Assembly (NCBI GenBank): GCA_028534125.1
Contig: CM052817.1
Location: forward strand, 72,232,001-72,296,000
Reading direction: 5' to 3'
Source: Lama glama
Lineage: Eukaryota
Length of the DNA: 64,000 bases
Shown: in pieces, positions 36,319 to 48,814 of the stretch
Layout: each line of letters opens with the position of its first letter
Position numbering within the stretch: the stretch's first letter is position 1
Translations under genes and position numbers: made by a program
Notes under the pieces: model-generated
The model's database searches: none
Told to the model about the DNA's origin: nothing
Seen by the model: only the letters and a program-made list of their open reading frames with translations

Positions 36319-37411
36319 CAGTGTCTTCATGGAATCCTGACTCTCCAACTGTTTGGACTGCTGTCCACACACGAATTGATGTTTATGCCAGTTCATTCTC
36401 CTCCTGAAAGGCCAATCTGAGTATTACCATCCGTATCTCTGATTTGTCATACTTGAATCATTGCCTGGCACTTCAAGAATATGTCCTGGTAACTCACATT
36501 TATAGTTTTAGTCCTTAGTTCCTAAATTTCAGAAGACAGCAAAGGTTTAATTTTAACAGTATAACTTTCATTATTATTAGAAATGATGGCCAATTTCACC
36601 AATAGCCTGAAGAAAGACTTACTGGGAAATAGCCATATTTTAATACTCAATGATAGGCAGAGTCCCCACATGCAGTGACACAGAGTTTTGTTTTGAAAAA
36701 GTAATTGAAAGAATCACCACCATCTAGAGAAATCAGAAAACAAATCTGGCATGACTAGAAATTATTATCATATTATAAAAGACAAAATAACAAGAAAAAG
36801 CTCGTTTGGTTTCCAACAGCTTTCATTGCATATCACTTAATTTTTTAAACATTTTTTTTCCAGATTCACACTATCAAAAGGAAATAGCTTATTGGTATTA
36901 ACCTATAGACCGTTTTATGGCTCTATAAAGATTAAAATGAATAAACTGGAGGATTCATTGAGGTGGGAGAACCAGGCAAAATTATCACTTCCATCATAGT
37001 AGAACTAGAAAAGGACTTGGCATTAGCAGTGAGACTCCTGAATGAAGAAAAAGTCATTTTATTAAAACTGAAAACATATGATGAAAGAGTTAGCATGGCT
37101 TATCCTGGCCTAGATTAAGCCTAAAGCAAACCTCCCAACTATTGTTGAACTACAAGTTAAAAATCTTCAGAAAGTTTCCTTCAAGTGCATATATTACAAA
37201 ATGTAAGTTTTAAGGAAAAAGTTACAAGCTAAGAAATTATTTTCCCATGATCTTTTTAAGGAACAAATATTATATTTAATATTTACTGAAACATGACATT
37301 GTTTTAATGGAAACATGTTGAAACAAGCTTTTTTTATTTATATTTTTAGTTACTTGTCACTAATATATATGATAGTTAATGTATGTATTAATATACTATC
37401 ATGTTAACAAA

Positions 37412-37615
37412 CATATTATTATATATAAAGTAGATAAACAACAAGGACCTACTGTATATCACAGGGAACTATGTTCAATTTCTTGTAATAACATATAATG
37501 AAAAAAGTCTGAAAACAAAATATATATGTATGTATATGTATAACTGAATCACTTTGCTGTATACTTGAAATAAACACTGTAAATCAGCTATACTTCAATC
37601 AAAAATTTAAAAAAT
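37412..37615 (+). mobile_element. L1 3' UTR fragment
   Basis: tagataaacaacaaggacctactgtatatcacagggaactatgttcaat..aactgaatcactttgctgtata..tatacttcaat plus an A-tail. Confidence 0.9.
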
Positions 37616-37914
37616 ATATACATATCCTATTGTGTCTATGTGAGTTCCCTTCAAAATGTTTTCATAGTATTATGCTAATGACATAAATCTATTTGTATGA
37701 AAATCTGGTAAATTAATTTTAGGCATGTTATTTCCTTGTTACTAAATATTTTCACACCTAGAAATCTACACTGAATCATGTTTCTTAAAGATCTATATGT
37801 TCTTATTGCTTCAATTTTGATATTAACTCAAAAATTATATTTAAATATTTTTGTACTTTAAGTCATGTATTCCTTTCTTTCTTTCCAGCACTCACCCCTC
37901 ACACACACACACCC

Positions 37915-37944
37915 ATTTTATTTTATTTTATTTTATTTTATTTT
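37915..37944. repeat. (ATTTT)6 microsatellite
   Basis: Six perfect pentamer units seen directly. Confidence 0.9.
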
Positions 37945-38591
37945 ACATAGAAACATAATATATTATTACATTACATGCTGGGCTTTCTAGAGCTTTGTCA
38001 TCAGATTATGACCTTATTACCTCACATTTAATTAATTAATCAATTAACATATTAGGGGGCAAACATTCAGACAGAGATTCTTGAAATGTTTATTATTATC
38101 ATGGGTATCTGAGGCGGCTTCAAATAAAAACATTAAATTACTTGTTGCTCCATATTCATCATCTTCCATTCCACCTACAAGACTTAAAATCATTATATTC
38201 AACTGAGCATCTTTAAATAAGCTCATAACTAAATGAGACACATAAGTCTTAGTTTAGAAAAAAATCCCCGAAACAAGCAGTGTTCTGCGATGTATTGGCA
38301 TACAATAATCCCATTGCCTGTAACTCAGGTCCCTTCCGTGACCTAGAATTGGGGTGAAAGGAGGAGGTAGATAGGTCTTTGAAACTGCCCCCTCCAGGAG
38401 CATGGGAAAAGCTGAGTTGTTTTTCCGCAGTCTCTTCTCCCTCTTCGCAGACATTTAGTAAAATCTAGTCAGAACTAGTAGTCATCATTATTTACGCTAC
38501 CACTTTATATCTGAAAAGGATTTCCTGTAACTTTCTTTTAGGAATTTTGCGATTCTATTGAACGACTATTCTGTACTTTAAAAGTGTCTGC

Positions 38592-38681
38592 GGGTAGGAT
38601 GATAGCTCAGTGGTAGAGTGCATGCTTAGCGTGCAGGAGCCGTGGGTTCAATCCCTAGTACTTCCACTAAAAAAAAAAAAA
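38592..38681 (+). mobile_element. tRNA-derived short SINE (Vic-1 type)
   Basis: gggtaggatgatagctcagtggtagagtgcatgcttagcgtgcaggagccgtgggttcaatccctagtacttccact plus poly-A. A box tagctcagtgg, B box ggttcaatccc. Confidence 0.9.
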
Positions 38682-39679
38682 TGAGTGACATTTAGAGAGA
38701 ATGGTAGGTAGATAAGGGGTAGACAGGTAGATAGATTGATCAATAGATACTTTAGTTGTAAAATAACAGACAGTAGAACATCATCAAAGATACAACATAG
38801 CAATTTCATACCGCAGATGCCACTATAAAAAAGGGAAAGAGTCCAGTTCAGCCCAGTTTTACCCTCAGCCATTCTGTTTTTTCTCCACAGGGCAGTGATC
38901 AACGTTCTCCCTGCAGCCCTGGAACCTGCATACATAAAACTATAGATCCAAGAAAATGTCAATTGCTAGCTCCCTTCCCACTAAACTCACTTGTAACCTC
39001 TAGGAACTCTCTTAACCTCATCTGTAAAATGGGGCTAATAACATTGACCTATTTTATTGGTGGCTGGGAGGTTTGGCAGTGAATGTTTGAGAAGCACTTT
39101 AAAAATACAAATGAAAAATGAAAAAAAAAATAGAAAAGGTCACTTAGGTGACAGCAGAAATGCACACAGTATTTGAGGTGAACCAGGTTAAACAAATATG
39201 CAGCTGAGACCCCTGAGTAAGAGGTGATTCCATATGGTGGGCAATTCACGCTCTTTCTCTTCAGTGGCAACGGCTTGTTTACGAAGCCTTAGATCAGGCA
39301 GCACCATCAGGAAGAGGGTGTTTGATTCCCAGGGAACAGTAATTTCATTAGCAGTGGCTCTCAGCACAAATTTAGCACTGTAAACATTTTTGAAAACATA
39401 AATGCAAAGGGAGCTAAACTGGAAAGGAAAAAAAAAACTCAGAGCAAAAACATTGTGTTTTTCTGCATAGATGCAAAAATACACAAGGGTTTGAAAGCCA
39501 CTTGGAAGTCTGGATGTTGAATCTCAGGATGGGATTACCAAAAAGCTGACAATGCAGAGAAAAACACCCCTGCTCCAAGTCAGGGACAGCTAACTGATGT
39601 AAGTGTATTCGCTGAGGGCGAAGATGAGCAAGTAGACAGAAGCTTTCCCATAGGCATCTCCGTGTCAAAACAGCTACAG

Positions 39680-39900
39680 TTTGGAGCACCTATTCTGGGT
39701 CAGACATACACTAAATACTTCAGTAATTTCAATTAACCCTCTCAGGGTCACTGTAGGGTAGGTGGTATCATTTTACACACTAGGAAACTGAAGTTCAAAT
39801 GAGGTGTTTAACTTCCTCAAGATCACAAAGCTAAGAAGAGACCCAACAGGGATTTGCACCAAAGTCTAATTCTCAAACCCAGAGTCTAATTCTGCCATTA
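39680..39900 (-). mobile_element. MIR SINE
   Basis: gagcacctattctgggtcagac..ggtaggtggtatcattttaca..ggaaactgaag..aacttcctcaagatcaca..gggatttg. Confidence 0.7.
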
Positions 39901-40054
39901 TAAAGATAAATGTGTATCCCAACTGCCCATCCAAAGACAAGGCAGGTACTCAGAGGGAAGCAAGTTCCGTGTAAGCTTTGATGATGTAGAAAGAAGTATC
40001 TTAGCAATGGACTTATACCATTTTCGTTTGTAAGAGACTGTATATGTGTATTAT

Positions 40055-40720
40055 TTGCCTTTTTCAAAATATGATATACATACACAAAAATGCATAACTC
40101 ATAGGCACATAATATCTTGAAGTTTTACAAACTGGACACCCCTCTAACCAGCACCCAGATCCAGAAACAGAACATTACCAGCACCCAGAAGCCTCCTGGG
40201 CCCCCTTGCAGTTGCTATTCCCCTCAAAGGGTAACCCCTATCCTGACTTTGAACACTGCAGATTAGTTTTGACTGTTCTTGAATTTAGTATAAATGGAAT
40301 CATAAAGCATGTGCCAGACGTATACTCAATTTTAGTTTCAACCAGTTTACTATGTATAGTTGCTGTTAGCACGCCTCATTGCTGTCATATCCCTTGACGT
40401 AACTGTAAGACAGCTATTTATCCACTTTACTCTTGAGTTTCAGATAATTTCCAGCTTGGGGCTATTAGGAATAGGGTTGCTATGAATATTTTGTCTATGT
40501 TATTTTGGTAAGACCTATATGCGTTTCCACTGGGCACGTATCTAGAGCAGAATTTGTTCATCACAAGGCATGTTCATCACAAGGCACGTTTGAACCCAAT
40601 TGTGCAGTTTTACAAAATGCTTGTACAAATGCATATACTCCTGCCTGCTATGCGTGAGTGCCCCAGGCCCTCAACATCCCACCAACATTTGTTATTCCCC
40701 TTCTTTTTTCACATTAGTTT
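40055..40720 (-). mobile_element. Old L1M (ME/MD-like) 3' region
   Basis: accagcacccagatccagaaacagaacattaccagcacccagaagcc..gattagttttgactgttcttgaa..aaatggaatcata..ttccagcttggggctatta. Confidence 0.85.
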
Positions 40721-41504
40721 TGATAGTATATTTTTACTGTTACTACCCTCTGCATCTTGGAAAAATATTTTTAAAAGAATTTTATAATAAAGCAAAGATG
40801 ACTTAATTATCTGGTGTAGCAGAATCATAACAAAAAATTTTGTCCGCAATTTCAGTCAGTATAATAACCTCCATGACTAATGTTAGTGAGCCTCAAAGTC
40901 CTTGTTGGAAATGATTGAGAATTTTCTTCTCTGGATTTCCTTTTAAAAAAAATAATAATATGCACACTAATGCCCTTTCTCTGAGTCACTTCACCTTTGA
41001 CCTGAGTCCCAGTGAGTTTATAAACTTTATCTATTTATTTCTTACAACACAGAAAGCAACATACTACACAGCAGCCGTTCTGCTCAGGGCAGGGCAGCAG
41101 TAACAGGAGGAAGAGGAAAATGGATAAGCCATGCGCCTCTGAAAGGAACAGGTTTCCTAACTGTCCAAAGAGGTTCACCATTTGTCTCTTCTGTGTTTCC
41201 ATGCAGTTTGATGTGTCTGAAACAGTAGCAATCTGAAATCTGATTTTGTGAGAGATTCTTGATGAAATTAAATCAGAGAACATGTAGACTTCTGTTCGAA
41301 GGACTAGAAATGAGCAGCCCTGGAGAGCAAAGGGTGTCGTACAAGGAGCCTTGAACTACTAGTCAGGAGACTTAAGTTCCATCCGTGGCCCCACCGTGGC
41401 TTTATGACCTCATGTGGTACTTTAACCTCTTAAGAACTCACTTTCCTTGGCTATAATCATACAACTTCTAAGGCATGTCTCCCCGAGTTAGGAAAATGTA
41501 CAGT

Positions 41505-41810
41505 CACATTCCCAGATTCTACCCTACAACAACTGATTCAGATTTTATGGAATGGGCTCCAAAATTGGCCTTTAAATATGCACAAGAATGAGTCTGCTCG
41601 GTGAAGTTTGAAAACCACTGCTCTGAGATAGCTTCCAGAGCAGCCTTTTCCAGACTCGCCTTGGCATAAAAATGATCAGGACTGTTGTTTAGAAATACAG
41701 ATACATAAACCCCCATCATGACTTCAGACATTCTGCTTAATAATTCTTGATGAGTCCCCATGTGTATGAACAACCTCCCGTGAGGATCCAAATGATCTAG
41801 CAAGCTGGGG
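41505..41810. mobile_element. MER5-type (hAT-Charlie) MITE fragments, two adjacent
   Basis: ttcccagattctaccc..actgattcaga..aagtttgaaaaccactgctct, followed by a second degenerate copy starting agagcagccttttcca. Confidence 0.6.
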
Positions 41811-41879
41811 GGCACTTCTCTTTTATCCTATAAACTGGTAATTTCTAAACCGCTTTCTCCAAAGTCGCTGGAATTCCCT

Positions 41880-42840
41880 TTAAGACCCTCAGGGGTTTAC
41901 TTCAAATAGCGTAGATTAGTTTTGCCTGTTTTTGAACTTGACGTAGCTGACTCATTCAGTATCTGTTTCATCGGTATGTCTCGTGTTATCTGGCCTCTTT
42001 TGCTCAGCACTACATTTGAAATTTACTCATAGGATTCTGCTGTATAAAGTACATTCTTATAGCTTCGTAGTATTCCATTGTGTCTACTGAAGAGAGGCAT
42101 TTCTAGATTTTGGACAGTGTAAACAGTCACTGATGCTAACATTCTTTAGCACGCTTTGTGGTGAACTTATGTTTACATTTTCATCAGATCTGTTCTCAGG
42201 AGAAGTTCTCAGGAGAAGATCACAGGGCCCTAGCCTGTAGCAGATACGGTCAGTTTGTGTAGATGCTGCCAGATAGTTTTCCAAAGTGGGTGTTCCAGGT
42301 TCCATTTCCCCAGCCGGCCGAGTTCCAGTGGCTCCACATCCTTATCATCACTTGGTAATTTTTGTCTTCAAGCTTCAGTCAATGGCTATATGGCTAGCAG
42401 TTAGGTGGTGTCTACTGTTTGCTTAATTGTGGTGTTACAGGCTATTTTTTCTTCTCATGGCCTTGTTTTTGTGTCCCCTGTCGCCTTTGGGTTCTCTAGA
42501 GACTCCCCAGGAAAACCTCAGGGGTTGAGGCCTGCAGTCCCTTTAGCTTTAACCCTCTGTGGCGAAGTGTGGGGCAGAGGGAGCACGCTACAGTCTTATA
42601 ATTGGGTCTCAGTCTTTAGTCTCTTGTTCCACATTGAAGGCTGCAAGAGCTGGAGTTTGGTAACTCCCTTTCCTCAGTCAGTTAGGTTTTGGAAAACCCC
42701 AGTCACGCTCTGATAAAACAGCTTCCCTTGAGGGCAGGCCTTGTTAAGGAAAGCAGAGAGTTCTGGGCATATTTTGAAAATGGTTACTTTTCCCCTCCCC
42801 CTGACAGAAGTAGGAGGGGCTTTTTCTCCCATCCTTAGGC
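41880..42840 (-). mobile_element. Old L1M fragments (two adjoining pieces)
   Basis: gattagttttgcctgtttttgaact..gtagtattccattgtg..tgccagatagttttccaaagtgg..agttccagtggctccacatcctt, then an L1 5'-type piece ending tggttactttttcccctccccctg. Confidence 0.7.
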
Positions 42841-44943
42841 TGTGAGGATTTATAATACATTCCTCAGGTTGTAACTCTATGGCTTGTTAAGCAGAAATCA
42901 TTCTGTAAATATTCATCACAGATTTTTGAAATGTATTTTTGATAATAATTGTCTTGACTAATAGAAAGTCCATATTTTATTTAAATCTATGATCTTTTGG
43001 AAAGAGAGGAAAACATGAGTCACAAATTTATACTTTGTTGGGAGAGGCCAAATGCTCTAAAGAGCTTAAGTATTCTAGGTATTATTCAATTCGTGTTTGT
43101 AGTTTAGTTTTGGATAAAGATTTTAAACACTCTTTCCTCAACTTAAAAATAGAACCATTTCAAGGTGGTGAAGATTGATATATTAGTTTCAGAATTTTTA
43201 AGCATTAATCTTCCAAGTCTCTATCTGTAAAGATAAAATAGAGCGAGATCAACTTTAATTAAGCTCTTGTCTGTGTAATTCCCTTACAGATAAAAAAAAT
43301 CACAGGAGTTTTTAGTTGTTGGTTGTTGAATACATTATGTAAAATAGAGGCCTTTGCTTTTTTAATTAGATTATTTTATGATGTTACACAATTTGGAATT
43401 AGTGAAGACCAAGAGTTATTTAAATTATAACTTAGGGAAATCAGTTCTCTGTGTAAGCATTCAAAAAAATGGAACTAATAATAAGGTAGAAATCTGTTTA
43501 AAGATAAATGTTAAAGGAAACACATGTGCTTTAAGGCAATACTGAATCCAATTATAATGTGACAGTTATTTCATGGAGAGCACAATGCATTGAAATATTT
43601 AGACCTCCAAACACATAATGTACTACAGTAAAACTAGTTTTGAGTAGCTGGTAAAAATATGCAGCTGTTTAAATAATAGGCCTTCCAGGGTCCAGATTTA
43701 TGAGCTTAACACTTTTTTTTTCTCTTAGTATTGTCTTTTTAGTAGTTTGGTTACCATCCCAAATAATTCATTAGCTTAATTTATTATTTTGGCAACAAAG
43801 ATATGTAAGTCTCAAATAGCCAAATGCGTATAATATTGCATCATGTAAATATAACGGGCCGATAAGTGCCAATTTTTTCCCCAAATGATGTATCAGTGAG
43901 GCACATCGGATGCGTTCAGCTGTTCGGAGAATGAAAGTATACAACCAAGATACTGCAAATTAAGACTGTGGCAGCCCTGTGGCGTAGAAACGTGCAAGGG
44001 CTGTCTTCCTCCTGAGGATTTCCACTCCGCTTTAATACATTGTCAGTGGGAGTGGTGTCAGCAGCAGCAGAAGAGTATCTGATCTCCAGAAATTACACGT
44101 CTTCCATTCACAGCTGCTTACTTTGCATTTGTTACTTATACTCCTCTTTTTACTCCCATGAATTAGATTTAGAACTGTGCACACAGGGAGCTTGTTCTTT
44201 CAAAGCACCAGGGTTAAGGAAATGTTCATATCTTTCTCTTGTCAACATGCGTTTTTTTCTGCTTTCCCCCTAATATTTAATAAGGTCTATGATGTCTCAG
44301 TTTTCTCTCTTAATTTTGAAAAGTTAATTAAAAGAAGTGGAGGAATGGAAGGGAGAATTTCTCACAAGTCCAATTCATTCAAACAGTAGAGATAATTGCT
44401 GCAAGACATTAAGGTGTGAGCACATGCCTGCTGTAATTGGTGCATACTTATTAGGAGCTCTGGCCCTGTGGCCTCTCTCTGTGTTTGGGGCCCATGGTAA
44501 TGTGGATACTTAAGGGAAAAGTGTGATTAGGGATGGTGTAGTTCATTCAGTAAACATTTCTTGGGGTTTGATGTGACTGAACTGAGTGTCACATATGATT
44601 TTATACTTTCATCCTTCCAGACAACTGACAGGTCTCTAATCTCCATCTCAGAACCTTCACTCAGCTTGAACTTTGGCTCATAAAGGTCATTTTGGAACCC
44701 CTTGGGACAAAGAGCCACGTTCATGAAATCCCACAGAGTCGATAGATGCGATAATAGCTTTAGGCACATTTTCTTAAGACCCAAGGGGAAAGACAATTTC
44801 AATAAATGTAAAACTATGCCATCTACAATCCACATAATATCTTTCAAAATCTCATAGGAATAAATTCCTCTTTTCCTTCAGGCAAGAACCTCCTTAATAT
44901 AACGATGCAAGACACTATTAAGGACATGAGGTATTAACTATGC

Positions 44944-44946
<3 letters not shown>

Positions 44947-44981
<35 letters not shown>

Positions 44982-44983
44982 CA
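44947..44983. repeat. (AC)n microsatellite, one interruption
   Basis: About 18 AC units seen directly, with one gc variant. Confidence 0.95.
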
Positions 44984-46329
44984 ATCTATTAGATGGAGAG
45001 CCTCAAACACAAAAAGAACATTCTTACATTTGATTTTTCTCCTTTGCCTTGCCTCACAACTGTTTATAAAGCATGTGCTGAATATTTAGACCTTAAATTG
45101 TTGGAGAGACTATGACTGTATGAAAATGAACCAAATTATTAATGGGAAAATGCCTCAGATACATCTTTCACTTATGGAAGATTTAAATATAGGTCCTCTG
45201 TTATTTTCTTTTTACCTTTTAGTCTCCATCTCATCTTAAAAAAAAAAACAAAAACAAAAAACCCTTACAGATTAGATATGTCAGTATAATTAACAGATGT
45301 TTCCTTAGCAGCAGATGTCGGAGATGGGGGTAAAGGGCATTCTCTTCCCCTGACATGCAATCAAAGGGAAAAACAAGGAATATTTAAATGAAAAAGGTGA
45401 AAACTATGTGGGGGCCTGTTTTAATATTTCAATAATTAACAGAAATTATTTTCAAATCATGATTTAGGTTATGAAACAGTTATGAGATTTTATGACTGTA
45501 TTAACATTAATTTTTTTCTGCCCGCCACAAATTTTAGCATTGTCTTTGATTTTTTTTTCTTTCCTTGATATATTTCATGATGCAAAGGAATGCTTCTTGG
45601 AAGTAAAGTATCCCCTCCAGCAAAATATTTCACTCGATTTCCCTCAGAGGATTCTGCTGGCAAGGAAAAAAAAAAAGATGCTTTAGAAAAACTTCAAATT
45701 CAACAGCTTAAAAGTATTTTTAAATGATCTATTTAAATAAAATTGTTCAATAAGTAGACATAAATGAATTCCAAAATTCACATTTTTATTTTAATGTCAT
45801 ATTTGAGTCTAATTTTAGTATTTTATATTTTGTGCTTTTCTCTCTTTTGCATTTATTTTGAATAATAATGTGAATGCAATCAACCACAAATCCCGTCCTC
45901 CAAAATAGATTATATTAAGAAGGGTTTTCTTGTTTACCTTTAAAAGGTCTCCTGAATATAACTGGTGCCAACAGAGAAATTCTTCTAAAGGTAATATAGG
46001 GATTTTAATCTGCCCCTAACCAGGAAGTGATGGAGGCCAATGCAAATAGCACTCATCTGATTCTGTAAAACTCATAATAAGAAATAATGAAGCATCTGGT
46101 CGACAGCAAAAGGTCAAGGAAGAAACAGTCTGAAATGGAGAGTGTATCAGTCCCCCTGGCAAAGACTTACAGGTTGGCAAAGACTGTTGTTGCTTCAGGA
46201 AGCTCTTGTGTCTCATTTTCACACGAAGACTGTATATTCCTACATATGTTCGGTGTTGCATTCACAGCAGAATTAGTTCTTAGTACCAGCAACAGGACAT
46301 GAGCATGCTCTAACTTTTCGGAAGTAGTT

Positions 46330-46482
46330 TAGAGCAGTGGTTCTCAAAGTTTCCTTCTTACTAGAATCACTAGGAGAGTTATTAAAAATCTTTGCGCTGA
46401 TAAAATTGGAATCTCTAGGGGTGAGACCTAGGCTAAAGTTCTGCAAGTGGTTCCATTGTGCAGCCAAATTTGAGAAGCAATG
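46330..46482. mobile_element. MER5-type MITE
   Basis: tagagcagtggttctcaaagt..tagaatcac..ggagagtt..gaatctctaggggtgagacc..gccaaatttgagaagcaatg, with degenerate terminal inverted repeats. Confidence 0.75.
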
Positions 46483-46634
46483 ATTTGGGTGTTTATAAGG
46501 CACCGGCAGACACAAATGTGTGCAGAACTGCAAAAGTAAGGCGCTAAGCTAATTGGCTTTAAAATGGGCATAGGGAACAAAAAACAAACAGACAAACAAA
46601 AAACAGGTGAATGGATGGCATATCTTAAAATAAA

Positions 46635-46980
46635 CACTAATCATTAATAAAAAGGAAAGAAGCTAGACCAAAAAAAAGGGTGTGTACTGTATGATTTCAT
46701 TTATTTAAAATTCTAGGAAATGCAAAGTAATCTGTAGTGACAGGAAGCAGATAAGTGGTTGCCTGACGTCAGGGCAAAGTTGAGGGTGGCAGTTAAGGGG
46801 GATAGTGAGGGACTGAAAAGGGGCATAGGAAACTTTGGGGGTAATAGATACATTTATTTTCTTGGTTATATTGACCATTCAGTGGGTGAATACCTATGTC
46901 AAATTTTAACAAATTATACACTTCAAATATGTATCATTTAGTGTATGTCAGTTGTACATATAATAATGCTATTTCTTAAA
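46635..46980 (+). mobile_element. Old L1ME 3' end
   Basis: aagaagctagacc..tactgtatgatttcatttatttaaaattctaggaaatgcaaagtaatct..gtggttgcct..ggaaactttggggg. Confidence 0.85.
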
Positions 46981-48814
46981 ATAGTCTCTAGTAAGACTAT
47001 TACCAAAGTCTTGAGAGGAAGAATGGGTGACAGAATTTATTAGTATGAATGCTGGGATTAGATGTGCAAAAGAGTTTTGCATTCAGAGTATCTGATTTAT
47101 TTTCCTAAAATAGTGATTTGGGTATAAATGAAATCCATGTCTTTGAAGTTTCCTATATATTCACTTTTGGGGAGACTGTCTCGATTTTGGCAAGTGAGAA
47201 TGTTGCTGGAATCTGGGAAGAGCCAACTTACATGACATAGAATCTAATCTCAATATACTGCCACTGATTTGTAGCTTTAGAAGAGTCTAGCATTTTAAAA
47301 TCAACCTACCCGCTTGTGAGTTTAAATTTACCAACCTCCCACCCCCCATTTTTCTGGAAGTTTTCAACTACTAGTACTTTAGTCATGTAAGTACTCTCAC
47401 ATTTTTATCAGCCATGAGACACTAAGCTTCAAATGCGGGACTCATTGGTTGGCATTTACCCGTCTTAAAATCTAGAGGAAACCAATTTTAGAGTTTATTA
47501 TTCATATCTAATTTATACAAAAGAATGGTAGGATGATGATTTTGATAACAGTAGGCATACCATCTTTCACAGTTGATATTGAAATACTTTAAATCCAAAC
47601 TACTCACTTCAGTGATTTTCTTAAAAAGTGGAAAATTGGTTACTAACTTAGTCTGGATATATATTTTAATGCTGTTTTATATATGAGAAATAAATTAATG
47701 TTATAGGGGAATTTTTCTCTTTGAAAATGCTATTCTACTTTATATCACTTTAAAATAAATTATTCATAAAACAATTTCATAAGTCCTAAAATTACACTGT
47801 GATAAAAATAAACTTAAATTTCATTGTGGGGATAATTGCACTCTCTCAATACGCTAAAAATCATTGACTTGTACACTTAAACAAGTGACTTATCATTAAA
47901 TGTCAACTATCTGAGCATTAAAAAAATTAAGAAAAACAAAGAAGAAAAAAACCCAACTTAGCTAATATAGTGAGAAATTATTTAAATAATAAAGTTCTTC
48001 TTTCTGTAGCTTGCATTCTAGCCAAACCATTTCTTTTATAAACATAGCCAGTACTTTATTCCTTTGAGCCTTGGTTTCAGGATGAAGAATGTTCTCTTGC
48101 ACCTTTCCACCCTTTGAAGTCCTGTGCATTCTTGATGGTCCACTTAATGTCTCACTGCTTAATCAAATAGAGTTTGATAAGACCCACAAAACAGAAGAGA
48201 TTTTTTTCATAGATGATCAGTGATTCTCAAGGAACTGGGGTTGAAGGAGGGGCATAAAGGCAGTGAATATAGAATATAAGTTTATATTTAGAATATATTT
48301 GCCAATATTTTAATAAATAAAATAACAAACTTGATAGAGAATTTGTGTACTGTCAGAGGGTAATGAATTAAAGCATTTATGAAACACTGCCCAATAAATA
48401 TTTGTTGTTTAAACAAATATACAACATAGTAATAATCTCATTTGACTGATATCACTGGAGAATGAATCTTTTAGATGCCTGAAATTCACCTCCAAATGTA
48501 GTGTTATAACTTTAAATGAGTTAATTCATTATAAAAATAATTACTATAAATGAAAAATACACAGAATGTGATTATTTAGTTTCCCCTGAAAACCCCAAGT
48601 TTTATTCTTCAGTGACTAAGAGGCCAAAAGCCAGTGCAGACGTATTACAACAAAAGGGGAGGGAATTCATTTCTTCTCAAGATGTTACTCCTGAAGAGTG
48701 ATTTAAGGTACACTACATCTTAAAATATCTGAAATGGAAGAGGCTATTGAAAACTGGGGGCTAGTGGGAATCCAAAAGAAAGCATTTATTTATTCAGATT
48801 AAGCAAGAGATTGG

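Noticed and set aside
35971..36420. Overlapping ORFs up to 102 aa
   Set aside because: They fall inside an MLT1 LTR.
38592..38670. tRNA gene
   Set aside because: It has A and B boxes but no proper acceptor stem, is followed by poly-A, and has three diverged siblings in the window, so it is a SINE.
44527..44847. 106-aa minus-strand ORF
   Set aside because: Non-ATG start, no recognisable domain, no convincing splice boundaries, and its 3' end looks L2-derived.
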